From IMG/VR virus record IMGVR_UViG_3300042731_008053: a stretch of DNA of 64,000 nt; one strand, 5' to 3'. This document shows positions 44,426 through 53,774 of this stretch, one piece after another; the first letter of the stretch is position 1, and every line of letters begins with the position of its first letter. A program made the translations under genes and the position numbers. Source of the DNA: a virus. The notes under the pieces are model-generated. The model was given only the letters and a program-made list of their open reading frames with translations, was not told the origin of the DNA and ran no database searches.

Positions 44426-44603
44426 CATCATCGAGACAATCGGGACGCTCGATCAGTGCCTGTCGCGTCTCAAGGTGCTTGCAAAATCACCCCTGGACGA
44501 GGCCGATCGGCAAACCGTCAAACATCACGCCGAGGACTGCATTTTGTTGGGCCGACACGTGCTCGACATTCTCGGCGAGACGTACCCGCCGGTAGAAAAA
44601 TGA
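44406..44603 (+). CDS. hypothetical protein
   Basis: GTG start. Confidence 0.35.
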   Translation: MKQPTPDIIETIGTLDQCLSRLKVLAKSPLDEADRQTVKHHAEDCILLGRHVLDILGETYPPVEK

Positions 44604-45130
44604 AGATCGACACAACGACAATCACAACAGCCGATGGCTGCACGTACCGTCTTGCTGGATTCGACGGACGCATCGAGCACGTCACCGTGCCATGGGGAGG
44701 CACCGTTAGCTCACAGGGTCTTCACAAAGACGAACAGGGTTTCATTTCCAGCATTCTTGTCGTCCCGTTTACACAAGTGTTGACCCAAGATCTCGGGACA
44801 CTCACGTTTACGTATGGCGGGCAGCTACGCTATGCGACGCCCGTCATCGCGTCGATGAACCGGTATCACCGACTCGTTTCTCTACAAGGGCTCATCAACC
44901 GCCTGCGGGTCGTTGTCGATCCAGCAGCAGCCAAAAGCGACTTTGCCGACGACGGTTTCCACAATGGTATCGTAGAGCCAATCCACATCCGCGAACGTTT
45001 GCGGTGCGAGCTTTCGCATCAGGCCCCCGACGGGGTTGATTCGCTCGATCCACTGACGGTCGAGTTCCAGTGGCTCGTAGCCACCAGACGTATTTCTCCA
45101 TTGTGGGAAAACCCGCAGGTGATGCCGTGA
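44600..45130 (+). CDS. hypothetical protein
   Basis: ATGA overlap. Confidence 0.45.
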   Translation: MKIDTTTITTADGCTYRLAGFDGRIEHVTVPWGGTVSSQGLHKDEQGFISSILVVPFTQVLTQDLGTLTFTYGGQLRYATPVIASMNRYHRLVSLQGLINRLRVVVDPAAAKSDFADDGFHNGIVEPIHIRERLRCELSHQAPDGVDSLDPLTVEFQWLVATRRISPLWENPQVMP

Positions 45131-45384
45131 TTGTTCGTGCAGGGAAGATCATCGAGGTTGACGTAGGAGATTTTCATCTGCAGCGCTCATGCGCAACACC
45201 CGGCATGGTGCGTTTGAGCCGAAGAGGTCACGGGAGCATCGAGTTACCTGCAAATCAGCAGGAAGCGCTAGAATTCATCAAAGCGTACTGGCGCACTGTG
45301 ACTGAAGACATTAGCTATGTTGAAAGAAAGAATGAGTGGCCTGTAACGCTCACAGACGTCAAACACGATCTCGGAATAACGTAG
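45127..45384 (+). CDS. hypothetical protein
   Basis: GTGA overlap. Confidence 0.35.
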   Translation: MIVRAGKIIEVDVGDFHLQRSCATPGMVRLSRRGHGSIELPANQQEALEFIKAYWRTVTEDISYVERKNEWPVTLTDVKHDLGIT

Positions 45385-45582
45385 ATGCGGTGCGGGTGTC
45401 CAAAGAAGCGAGACGTGACGACAGGCCTTATGTACTGCCCGAAGCACGAATCCAGGCCGATGTGGTGTCAATGCGGAGGGCTACTTCACCCGTCTATGCG
45501 ACGATGGGTCGAGGGTACCGTTTGTCGTTGCGCTCAACCCCAGTGGCAAATCTACCCAGCGCTCGACATTCATCGACTATGA
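45385..45582 (+). CDS. hypothetical zinc-binding protein
   Basis: CGCPKK...CPKH...CQCGG...CRC. Confidence 0.4.
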   Translation: MRCGCPKKRDVTTGLMYCPKHESRPMWCQCGGLLHPSMRRWVEGTVCRCAQPQWQIYPALDIHRL

Positions 45583-45860
45583 CGTCTTCGCCACAGTTTC
45601 TTTACCGCTCCATTGTCTTTGGTGACACCGGTAAAATCGTCGCCGGTAGTTTCGTCGAAGGCGGTGTTGCTTCTCGTGAAGAAGCGCTTCGCCTGGGTCG
45701 AATGCTTGATGGAGTAGCAGTCGGCATCTTGTCCCTACGCGACCACACGTTCGAGCTGATCATCTTACGCGCCGACAAGGTGACTGCACGTCTTCACGAC
45801 GTCTGGACAGCCGTCAGAGCGGGCACACTCCCCTGGCCAAAAACGAAAGACCATGGTTAA
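45579..45860 (+). CDS. hypothetical protein
   Basis: ATGA overlap; internal start of ORF 45336-45860. Confidence 0.4.
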   Translation: MTSSPQFLYRSIVFGDTGKIVAGSFVEGGVASREEALRLGRMLDGVAVGILSLRDHTFELIILRADKVTARLHDVWTAVRAGTLPWPKTKDHG

Positions 45861-46158
45861 CCCGACGGCGGTATGGCCCATACCCGTTTTGGGTCTAAGT
45901 GTTTACTACGCCCCACGCGAAATGGGCAGGCGGTTAGAGCGACTAGGAATTTCATGTGTAAGTAGAACGCCCGCAGGTAGTTACGTGATACCGGGCTGGG
46001 TCGGTCAACTGATTAGCATCGTAGATGACGCAATCCTCGACGACGTTCTTCGGCGCGTCGTCACGGACGACACGTTTTGTGATGCACTGTCTGCGTTGAT
46101 CTTCGTTGACAAGCTTGCTGTCCAAACGTTTCTCGAACAGCAAGGATTCGCTGTATGA
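45853..46158 (+). CDS. hypothetical protein
   Basis: ORF track. Confidence 0.45.
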   Translation: MVNPTAVWPIPVLGLSVYYAPREMGRRLERLGISCVSRTPAGSYVIPGWVGQLISIVDDAILDDVLRRVVTDDTFCDALSALIFVDKLAVQTFLEQQGFAV

Positions 46159-46583
46159 GTCCCGTTGATCCCATCCTCTGTCCCAAACAGGTCGGTGCAG
46201 CATTCGTCTGTGCGCGTGTATTGATCGGCCTGCGCTCTCTTTGTGTGCAAGATGTCGAGAAGCTCGTGCCAGCGCTATTGAAGATGCCGTTTCGTGCATG
46301 CAGGTTCACTTACAAAGAGACAGCAGGAGGGCCCAGCTCGTCAGCGATCCGCGCCTTCTTTTCGTTCCTACGTCAAAACGGCTACGGCAGCGAGCACCGC
46401 GCCAAATTTCCGGCTGTAGAAGACATCACAGACCCGTTCGACGTAGAGCTGTTCGTCGTCTCCAGTAAGGGCGTGCAATACTGCAAAGAAATCATGGAAC
46501 GGTATCGCGAAGAGTACCCGACGGGCGCTGCCCGCCTCGCGCGTTTTTTGAACTTTCGGATCGACGACATCGATCAGCTTTAG
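46155..46583 (+). CDS. hypothetical protein
   Basis: ATGA overlap. Confidence 0.45.
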   Translation: MSPVDPILCPKQVGAAFVCARVLIGLRSLCVQDVEKLVPALLKMPFRACRFTYKETAGGPSSSAIRAFFSFLRQNGYGSEHRAKFPAVEDITDPFDVELFVVSSKGVQYCKEIMERYREEYPTGAARLARFLNFRIDDIDQL

Positions 46584-46605
46584 TCGTCCTGCCGTCTACA
46601 GCACG

Positions 46606-46890
46606 TTAGGTGTCTTGCTCCAGATCCTGAAGCTTTTTTAAGACCGCTTTTTTGATCTTGATCTGGGTCGCTACAGGTATAGGTTTGCCGCTACCGCTAG
46701 CGCGATTGACGCGTGTGATTTTGTTAGCGAGCGCATAATCGATACGATCGAGGCCGACGTATACAGGTGTCGTTTCTCCGCTTACTGCAATCTTACCTAC
46801 ACACCCGCTAATCCGTACCTTGTACGTCGGTCCGTGTTTGGATTTGATCACGTCCAGGTTTAGCGGACAACTGGGTTTGCGTTTGGCCAT
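46606..46890 (-). CDS. hypothetical basic protein
   Basis: ORF track. Confidence 0.45.
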   Translation of the reverse strand: MAKRKPSCPLNLDVIKSKHGPTYKVRISGCVGKIAVSGETTPVYVGLDRIDYALANKITRVNRASGSGKPIPVATQIKIKKAVLKKLQDLEQDT

Positions 46891-46893
46891 GCT

Positions 46894-47241
46894 TCACTTG
46901 CCCCACTTGCGGAGACCGCCTCGACAAAGATCGCGTACGACGAAACCGACCGCTTCAGCGTCGGTTCCTCGACTGTCGGCGACGGGAAGAAACTTGCGTA
47001 CGCGGCCCTTCGTGTCAGCACGGTACGCCGCCGTTTCATCGTTGGACCCACGACCAATAGCAAAATGGTCGCCGTTCATACTCACGTGAACCATATGTCC
47101 ACGATGGGGGACCTTACCGCGAACACGTAACGGACAACCTTTCGGCCGTGCCTGGGTGACAGCTTTGGTCAACCACGCCCGCTCGTCCTTGTGGCTCTGT
47201 AACCAGGGACCGTCGGGATCGGAGCGACGTTTGCGGGCCAT
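46894..47241 (-). CDS. hypothetical basic protein
   Basis: ORF track. Confidence 0.45.
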   Translation of the reverse strand: MARKRRSDPDGPWLQSHKDERAWLTKAVTQARPKGCPLRVRGKVPHRGHMVHVSMNGDHFAIGRGSNDETAAYRADTKGRVRKFLPVADSRGTDAEAVGFVVRDLCRGGLRKWGK

Positions 47242-47545
47242 GAGCGTATCGTATCACAGCGCCTGAAAAGTCTGTGTGGGCGCCCCCGATGGGTGGTCGA
47301 GGGCGCCGGGGTGAGCAGTGTTGCCAACCGGGCAGGTGGGCAGCCGGATCACCGTCGGCCAGTACAGGTCTACCAAATTTGTACTACTTGACGCAAATAA
47401 ATCCCCCGCAACACCCCGAAAGGCGTTCACAACCCGTTGCTTTGTTGTAGTACTTCAGCGTAAGCTGGGCTGTCAAAAAAGTGCGGCGACACGCTAGAGA
47501 CGCATCGCCGCGAAGCCCACAAACCTGATCGGAGGTCGTGAACTG

Positions 47546-48484
47546 ATGTTTGATTCCACCAAATTTTTGCGCCGAATGCGAGCCCTCGTTTGGGCTTTTT
47601 CTGGGTTCTTTGTATCAGCTTGCGGAGGCGTCCAGGACGCCCCTAGCGACGCAGGGCTTGACGCTCCCGTCGTTGACGGCTGGACGACACAAACGCCTGA
47701 CGGCCCGCGTACGGATGCTGTGATGCCCGACGCAGGCGTGCAGCCCCTCACGGCGTGGGGCGACCCCGAACTGATCACCGAGATTAGCTCGACTACGCTC
47801 CACGACTTCAAACCCACCGTACGTGGTGACCTGCTCGAATTGTACTTGTATCGACCAGGCACCGTGCAGGAAGGCGGCCAGCAGGTCTTCCGTTCTATCC
47901 GAACAACAACAGACGAGCCGTGGCAACCTACAACGGTAAGTGGGTTGGGCAACCAGGGTACACCCGAGCTGTCCTATGACGGCACCGAGATGTTCGTGGT
48001 GCGCAGCACAGATGAAGTATGGACCAGTGTGCGACTTACTGTAGAAGCAAACTGGAGCGCCTTTATGTTCGTGTTCAACGGCCAATCACCGTCGTTGTCA
48101 GGTGATGGCCTGACCCTGTATTACGTGGACGCCGTTACTCATGAGACCATGAAACGTACGCGCACAGCAATTGGAGGGACGTGGGGCGGCGCCGTCAACG
48201 CAGGCTTACCGGGAAACCCACGCTACGCGGCTGCTGCAGTTTCGCCGGACGAACGCGTGTTCGTGCTTTCCGGTCCCGATGACATGGGTCAAGCCTTCAA
48301 TGTCGAATTCAAGCGCGAAACGATCGGCGACGCGTGGGACAACGCACAAGAAGTGCAACCGCTCACCTCAGCCGGAGGAGGCAACTGCAACTTGGCCACA
48401 GCCTATGAGATGTATTGTGGCATGGTGAATCCGGGCAGCGGCCTTGCAGACGTGTACAGGCTTCGGCGCCTACCGGCTCAGTAA
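47546..48484 (+). CDS. secreted lipoprotein, possibly beta-propeller (TolB/PD40-like repeats)
   Basis: Signal peptide ending in lipobox VSAC-GG; repeated DG.E.FVVRS / DGLTLYYVD / DERVFVLSGP motifs. Confidence 0.55.
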   Translation: MFDSTKFLRRMRALVWAFSGFFVSACGGVQDAPSDAGLDAPVVDGWTTQTPDGPRTDAVMPDAGVQPLTAWGDPELITEISSTTLHDFKPTVRGDLLELYLYRPGTVQEGGQQVFRSIRTTTDEPWQPTTVSGLGNQGTPELSYDGTEMFVVRSTDEVWTSVRLTVEANWSAFMFVFNGQSPSLSGDGLTLYYVDAVTHETMKRTRTAIGGTWGGAVNAGLPGNPRYAAAAVSPDERVFVLSGPDDMGQAFNVEFKRETIGDAWDNAQEVQPLTSAGGGNCNLATAYEMYCGMVNPGSGLADVYRLRRLPAQ

Positions 48485-48495
48485 CACAGCCGCGA

Positions 48496-49011
48496 TCAAA
48501 TCAGGTAGGTCGGCGTGCAGACATAATACCGACGCCGCATTTCACCAACATCCTTAGGCATCTTGATGTTGTTCTTCCGCATGAATTCATCGCGTGCCGC
48601 TTCATCGGGAAACACAACCGTCAACGTCGTGTTGCCCTGAAAACGTGCTGCGTCCGCACTGTAGCGCTCTGCTTCGAGTGCACGACCCTCGGCGATGAAG
48701 TTGCGAAACTCCAACGCAAGTTCTTTGTACGCCGGATCTGCGGTCGGCAGTTCATCGAGGACGTGTGACAGCGTCTCCAGCTGCTCATACGGCCAGCCAC
48801 GAACGGTACGAGGGTCAAGGTTACCGGTCGCAAATTTAACGACTGGCAACGCTGCGTTGAACGCTTCCAGCACGCGCGCAATACGGCCCTCGGGGTCGGC
48901 GAGGTGTGCCTTCTCCAGACGTTTTTCCAAATCCGTCGCACGCTCCAATGCAACATCTCGCTGGCGTTGAAACTCCTGAAACTCTTCGATACTCATCTTG
49001 ATCTCAGCCAC
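48496..49011 (-). CDS. hypothetical protein
   Basis: ORF track. Confidence 0.5.
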   Translation of the reverse strand: MAEIKMSIEEFQEFQRQRDVALERATDLEKRLEKAHLADPEGRIARVLEAFNAALPVVKFATGNLDPRTVRGWPYEQLETLSHVLDELPTADPAYKELALEFRNFIAEGRALEAERYSADAARFQGNTTLTVVFPDEAARDEFMRKNNIKMPKDVGEMRRRYYVCTPTYLI

Positions 49012-49021
49012 GAAGCGCTCC

Positions 49022-49432
49022 TCACTTGAGTCCGAAAATGTCGTCGCCGCTGTCTTTAGCGGCTAACTCCTCAGTAGGTTTGCCAGCACTAGCGTTACTG
49101 TCAGCATCAGCTGCAGGTTCGGCGGTTTCAGCCGTGCCGTCAGCGTCGTTGACGTTCGCAGCATTGATTTTTTGGAGCAGCTCCTCACGTTCCTTTGTGG
49201 TCGCCTCCAGGTAATGCGCTTCTTGTTGAACCAGAGGCAAGATGCCTTGAACGCGTTGCGCAACCTGAATAGCGAGTTGCTCCAAAGCAGGCGGAGGTGT
49301 TGCGTTCAGCTCCGCGAAGGTCGCGGCAACCTGACTGAGAAGCTGCAATTCGAGTTGGGCAATGGCGAACGTCTCGACAACCATAATGCCGATACGATCG
49401 AGCCGAACGGTAAGCTGATCAATAGGGTCCAT
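49022..49432 (-). CDS. hypothetical acidic protein
   Basis: Internal ATG of ORF 49022-49486. Confidence 0.4.
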   Translation of the reverse strand: MDPIDQLTVRLDRIGIMVVETFAIAQLELQLLSQVAATFAELNATPPPALEQLAIQVAQRVQGILPLVQQEAHYLEATTKEREELLQKINAANVNDADGTAETAEPAADADSNASAGKPTEELAAKDSGDDIFGLK

Positions 49433-49779
49433 TAGTTGTTTCCTCCAAGAAGGTTTTCGGCTAGCTGACACGCATCGCAGGAGCACGGACCACTGAGGGG
49501 GAAACGGTATCGATGATTGCGCAGCATAGCCGCCAGGGCCCCGCGCAGTTCCTCGGTCTCAGACAATACAGCCTCGTCGATCAGCTTCTGGATGGCCGAT
49601 GTTGCTGCCTGTGCAGCCTCGTCGGTTGAGTCCTCAGCATAAATAGCGTCGGTGAGATCCAGGATCCGTCCGACCGTGATCGACTGCTTTTCCACGTCTT
49701 CTACCGTAGCATTCAAGCAGGTAAACTCCCTATGGATTCTTGGGTCAGGCACGTGTCGGGTAAAAAGAGTCGCTGGCAA
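49432..49779 (-). CDS. hypothetical protein
   Basis: ORF track. Confidence 0.4.
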   Translation of the reverse strand: MPATLFTRHVPDPRIHREFTCLNATVEDVEKQSITVGRILDLTDAIYAEDSTDEAAQAATSAIQKLIDEAVLSETEELRGALAAMLRNHRYRFPLSGPCSCDACQLAENLLGGNN

Positions 49780-51496
49780 AGTAAAGGTTGTTGCGCTTCT
49801 CGACTAGCTTGTTCGATGTCAGTGCAGACAAATAGTTAGCGAACGTAGAGGACCGCGTCGAATGTCCAGCGGCCTCTGCAATTTCATTTCGACCCATTCC
49901 CTGGGGATAACACTCAACGAGCAGCCTGAGCATCGTCTTGGCGTTTCCCGGCAGTTTGGGTAACCACAACTCCAGCAATCGTTGAGTCGTCATGACGGGT
50001 ACAGTGTCGCGACCACCGACTGCATCAAGACCTGTTTTGGTCAGGACGTAAGGCGCGTTTCGGCCGCCGTCAATGTATCCGGCCGTACGCAACGTCGAAA
50101 GGTAGTTGTTGAACGTGCTCGACTTGATGCTGAAACCCGACAAGGTGGACACCTGGCTACGTGTCAACGGGGTGGGGTGCAAAGACGCAATGGCCATGAG
50201 GATCTTGGTTGGGCCGCTTCCCAATCCGTTGGGCTTAGGTGTTGAGGACGCAACGCTAGTTTCGACTGTTGGTGATGGCGCTGGAGGTTTTGCGACACCG
50301 TTAGAGCGTTTGGGGACTGCGGAACTACGCGGCGGTGTCGATGTCGATGAAGGTGAGCCCAGTTGCACGCCGGCCTCATGCAGGGCGCTGCGGATCGACA
50401 TGATTGTGTCCTGAACGACCTGACCCATTCCGTGCAACCTGTCTATCGCGTGCTTGAACTGACGCATCTGATCGTCGGTAATCACTGGGACCGCTACCTG
50501 CTCGACGTCAGTGACACGAGTTGCAAGCTCGTTCTTCAGTCGAGACACAGTAGCCTGCGCCGACGACAAGAGTTTGCGAAGGTGCTGCGGATCGCGTTGT
50601 TTTGCTGCCTCAATGGTTTCAGCCATCGCCGCCGACATGGCGTCCAGATCGATCTTGGCGAGCTTTCGCTTGGGCTGTTTGGTGCCAGCTTTTGGTGTCG
50701 CTGAGGTATCGGCTGTGCGCTTTTTGGCGATTTTCACGCGGCCGTAAAAATCAAGCCACTGAGGGCTCCACACGATAGCAGTGCCCGTCGGCAGCTTCGT
50801 AATCACAGCCGCGTCCGCGTCGTGGATTCCCTTATCAGCGATCCACTCTTTGATCGCCTTGCGCTCGTGTGGACCTGTCATCTGGAAGGCGAACAAACAC
50901 TCCGTCTGATTCAGGACGTCCTTGTTGACCTTCTGCGGACGTTGCGAAATGAGCGACACGCCAATGCCGTAATTGCGGCCCATCAACGTCAAATCGCTCA
51001 CGGCGCCAAGCAGACGCTCATCGCCGCCAAGCACTCGCTGTGGAACGAAGTGTTGCGCTTCGTCGATGATCACGTGCAGGGCCGAAGGGGCGTCTTTCTT
51101 TTTGTGGAACAACTCTTCAGCGAAATCGACGACGAACCGTTTGCGGTCGTTTTTGCGAAACCGGCTGAGATCGATGACCATCGACGTGCCCGTTTTGACG
51201 ACAAAATCCGCTACGACGGTACCGCCCGTCGGTTCGAGCGGAATATCTCCGTTGGCGCCACCGAGCACGGGGATCGAGTAGCCGGGCTTGCCGTTTTCGA
51301 GTGTACGTAAGCCCCACCAGTTTCCTACGGGGTCCAAAACAACAACCTGAGTACCAATATCAAGAAGCTCTTCAGCGAGCTTTCCGCACGCATAGGTCTT
51401 GCCGCTACCTCTGCGTCCCATAAACGCGAACGTCTGGGTGACAGCGTCGGTCGGAAGCTTCAGGTTTCGTGCAAGATTAATGGTTCTCTTCTTCAT
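49745..51496 (-). CDS. FtsK/HerA/VirB4-superfamily P-loop ATPase (DUF87/AAA_10-like) with two C-terminal winged-helix repeats
   Basis: FAFMGRRGSGKTYACGKL (Walker A) followed by VVVLDPVGNWWGL; HVIIDEAQHF (Walker B); two repeats of ...TRSQVSTLSGFSIKSSTFNNYLSTLRTAGYI / ...GRNEIAEAAGHSTRSSTFANYLSALTSNKLV (wHTH-like). Confidence 0.65.
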   Translation of the reverse strand: MKKRTINLARNLKLPTDAVTQTFAFMGRRGSGKTYACGKLAEELLDIGTQVVVLDPVGNWWGLRTLENGKPGYSIPVLGGANGDIPLEPTGGTVVADFVVKTGTSMVIDLSRFRKNDRKRFVVDFAEELFHKKKDAPSALHVIIDEAQHFVPQRVLGGDERLLGAVSDLTLMGRNYGIGVSLISQRPQKVNKDVLNQTECLFAFQMTGPHERKAIKEWIADKGIHDADAAVITKLPTGTAIVWSPQWLDFYGRVKIAKKRTADTSATPKAGTKQPKRKLAKIDLDAMSAAMAETIEAAKQRDPQHLRKLLSSAQATVSRLKNELATRVTDVEQVAVPVITDDQMRQFKHAIDRLHGMGQVVQDTIMSIRSALHEAGVQLGSPSSTSTPPRSSAVPKRSNGVAKPPAPSPTVETSVASSTPKPNGLGSGPTKILMAIASLHPTPLTRSQVSTLSGFSIKSSTFNNYLSTLRTAGYIDGGRNAPYVLTKTGLDAVGGRDTVPVMTTQRLLELWLPKLPGNAKTMLRLLVECYPQGMGRNEIAEAAGHSTRSSTFANYLSALTSNKLVEKRNNLYFASDSFYPTRA

Positions 51497-51533
51497 GCCT
51501 TGCGGCTGACCATAACCCGTCGGTGTGACAGAT

Positions 51534-52025
51534 CTAGTCGTAGGTGCCGAAGTCGGGCATGTTGGTCTCGACGATCAAATCGTCAGCAGCGGAGGTGAGA
51601 CTGCGTTTTACGTCTGTCGTTGTGGCAGGAAACGGGCCGGTTAGACGCAAAATGGCCCACGCAGGTTCTGCGCCGAAAAGCGTTTCGTCGAGCTGATCGA
51701 TAGCGTCCCAGTCGCCCTGACCGGTGAACTCCAAACAGACGATACCCGCTTCGTCACCCAACTGGCGGCCGATCGCATCGCCGCCAGGAGACATGATCAA
51801 CCAGTGCAGTGCCAGCTCCTCGTAACCGCTCTTCAACGCGCGGTAGTACATCAACGACTCGAAAAACGGCCGCTCGAAAAGCCACAACCGCGAAATCACA
51901 TGATCGACATCGCAGCTCTCTTCGTGTTTACCAAAAAGCTGAGCGAGTGGGTGAACGATCCCCTTTCGGTAGTCGTTCACGATCCACTCGGCTGCGCTGA
52001 AACCAGATCCCCATGATGTGGTCAT
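51534..52025 (-). CDS. hypothetical protein
   Basis: Internal ATG of ORF 51534-52061. Confidence 0.4.
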   Translation of the reverse strand: MTTSWGSGFSAAEWIVNDYRKGIVHPLAQLFGKHEESCDVDHVISRLWLFERPFFESLMYYRALKSGYEELALHWLIMSPGGDAIGRQLGDEAGIVCLEFTGQGDWDAIDQLDETLFGAEPAWAILRLTGPFPATTTDVKRSLTSAADDLIVETNMPDFGTYD

Positions 52026-52987
52026 TACGCCAACCCGTATGAGTAGTTGATCGAAAGGCAATCTTCGATGCCCTCAAACCAGATGTGACCGCGCTCGGGG
52101 ATGTGCGCCGCGTCGCCCCATTCCCGCGAACCCGTGAAGACGTCGAAGTGTGCACCGTAGATGCCTCCGCCCGTGTCGTTCACGGTGAACCAACCATCGT
52201 GCACAGTCCCGTCCGGCAACGTCTTGCCGACGAACTCCAGAATGAAGACCTTGGTGCCGGCCGGAACGACGCCACCCTTCCCTTTGAACGAAGGATCGTG
52301 GTGACGCATCCGGCCGTTGTCGGCCGCCAGCGAACGGAACGGATCCATTGGAATGCCTTTGGCCTCCACAGGGTAACCGGTCTCGGGTGACGCAGGCTTT
52401 TCATAGAACCGTCGTGCAGCATCGACGCCGCTTTGGTCAGGTGTGAGCGACACACCGCCCCAATTCGGTTTGTGGAGCCAGCCGTTGGCCTTGATAATCG
52501 AATACACCCCGGTCCAGTCGCTTGGATCAACGGAGATGTAAGAACCATCAGCGACGTTGATCAAACGGCCGTCCCGAAGCTTGGTTGTTCCTTCAAGGGC
52601 AGCCTCGACGAAACAACCAGCCTCGACAGTAGCGATCACGCTGCCGTCAGAACCGAACATCGGATACGCCTCGGGACCGCTCCACCGCGACTGGTCGCCG
52701 ATGTAGTAGTAGGTGAGCTGCCAACGGCGCATCGATTTGATGTCCACACCGGCAGCCGTCAGATCACACTCTGCCTGCTTGAACTTGTCCACGAGCGGCA
52801 GCAGTGCACTCTCAGACTTGGGGCCGTACCACCCATCCGCCGCGCCGGCTTTGGAGCGATAATCGCGCTGGAACTTCTTCAAGTCTGTCCGAAATTCAGG
52901 CTCCATGTAGTTGCCGTCGATGGGCCCGTCGTAGTATCCGAAACGGGCCAACCACTCCTGGACTTCAGTGATGCTCAGCTGTGTCAT
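52025..52987 (-). CDS. cell-wall hydrolase candidate: N-terminal peptidoglycan-binding domain (PG_binding_1) plus C-terminal 3D-domain (MltA-like) lytic transglycosylase; endolysin candidate
   Basis: VQEWLARFGYYDGPIDGNYMEPEFRTDLKKFQRDY (PG_binding_1 pattern); DTGGGIYGAHFDVFTGS (3D-domain signature). Confidence 0.7.
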   Translation of the reverse strand: MTQLSITEVQEWLARFGYYDGPIDGNYMEPEFRTDLKKFQRDYRSKAGAADGWYGPKSESALLPLVDKFKQAECDLTAAGVDIKSMRRWQLTYYYIGDQSRWSGPEAYPMFGSDGSVIATVEAGCFVEAALEGTTKLRDGRLINVADGSYISVDPSDWTGVYSIIKANGWLHKPNWGGVSLTPDQSGVDAARRFYEKPASPETGYPVEAKGIPMDPFRSLAADNGRMRHHDPSFKGKGGVVPAGTKVFILEFVGKTLPDGTVHDGWFTVNDTGGGIYGAHFDVFTGSREWGDAAHIPERGHIWFEGIEDCLSINYSYGLA

Positions 52988-53016
52988 TTGGGTCTCCTTG
53001 TCAGGGGGTCTACTGG

Positions 53017-53105
53017 GTGCCGACCGGGGTGCCGACCGGGGGTGCCGACCGGGGGTGCCGACCGGGGGTGCCGACCGGGGGTGCCGACCGGGGTGCCGAC
53101 CGGGG
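53017..53105. repeat. 7 tandem copies of a 12-13-nt unit TGCCGACCGGGG(G), flanked by GGTCTAC(T) direct/inverted repeats (53006, 53146-53184)
   Basis: Read directly from the sequence, in the intergenic gap upstream of the lysin gene. The + strand ORFs over it translate to ADRGCRPG repeats and are spurious. Confidence 0.85.
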
Positions 53106-53183
53106 TCGTGTGGGTCTAAGGGCGTTCACCGCATAAAGGCAGCCGTGGTAGACCTGCCCGGTCTACTGTCCGGTCTACGTCTA

Positions 53184-53393
53184 CTAGAACGTCGTGCCAC
53201 ACTGTGGACAGGTCGAAAAATCGGTCGTTTGTACATGACCGCAGACTCCACAGCGGTACTTCTCGCGTGCGGGCGTAGGCGTAACAAGTCCGGCGGCCTT
53301 CGCAGCCAGATAATTGGGACAGTAGCGTAGATGGGCACGCACTGATTGTTTGTTCTGAAACCAACGCTGACAAAAACCACATCGACGCGACAC
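53184..53393 (-). CDS. hypothetical double zinc-ribbon protein
   Basis: CGFCQ...CPNY...CGVCGH...CPQCG. Confidence 0.45.
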   Translation of the reverse strand: MSRRCGFCQRWFQNKQSVRAHLRYCPNYLAAKAAGLVTPTPAREKYRCGVCGHVQTTDFSTCPQCGTTF

Positions 53394-53774
53394 CTATTGC
53401 TCGTCTCCTGTTTTGATGCGTGGTGCGTTCGCGGCGTAGATCGCCTGCATGATCGTTTGCGCGGCCCGTTGGATCAGCGCCGGACGGTTATCGGGGTCTT
53501 GAAGCAGTCCGAAGAACCGCTTCCACGGTAAAAGGCCCAGCGAAACGAGGCGACGTGGCGCCACCACAAGGATATACGGTACGGGGTGATCGGAATCATT
53601 TTGTAGAATGATTTTGGTACGGTACGTGCGAGCGATGTGGAGGTGTGTCGGCTGGCGAGTAATCACAACGGGCTGCTCGTGATCACCTAGCGGCTTTTCG
53701 ATCGTAACTACGATCGCGTCTTGTGGCGGCACGATGCCAAAGGCTGGCGTCCGCATCGTACCGGAGTGGTTCAT
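53394..53774 (-). CDS. hypothetical protein
   Basis: ORF track. Confidence 0.4.
   Translation of the reverse strand: MNHSGTMRTPAFGIVPPQDAIVVTIEKPLGDHEQPVVITRQPTHLHIARTYRTKIILQNDSDHPVPYILVVAPRRLVSLGLLPWKRFFGLLQDPDNRPALIQRAAQTIMQAIYAANAPRIKTGDEQ

Noticed and set aside
53017-53105. Tandem repeat array considered as a CRISPR array
   Set aside because: Units are 12-13 nt, directly adjacent with no spacers, and no leader or cas genes are present.
52433-53330. + strand ORFs 52433-53119 and 52968-53330 translating to ADRGCRPGVPTGG repeats
   Set aside because: The frames are open only because they run through the 12/13-nt tandem DNA repeat; they lie antisense to the lysin gene and in its intergenic region.
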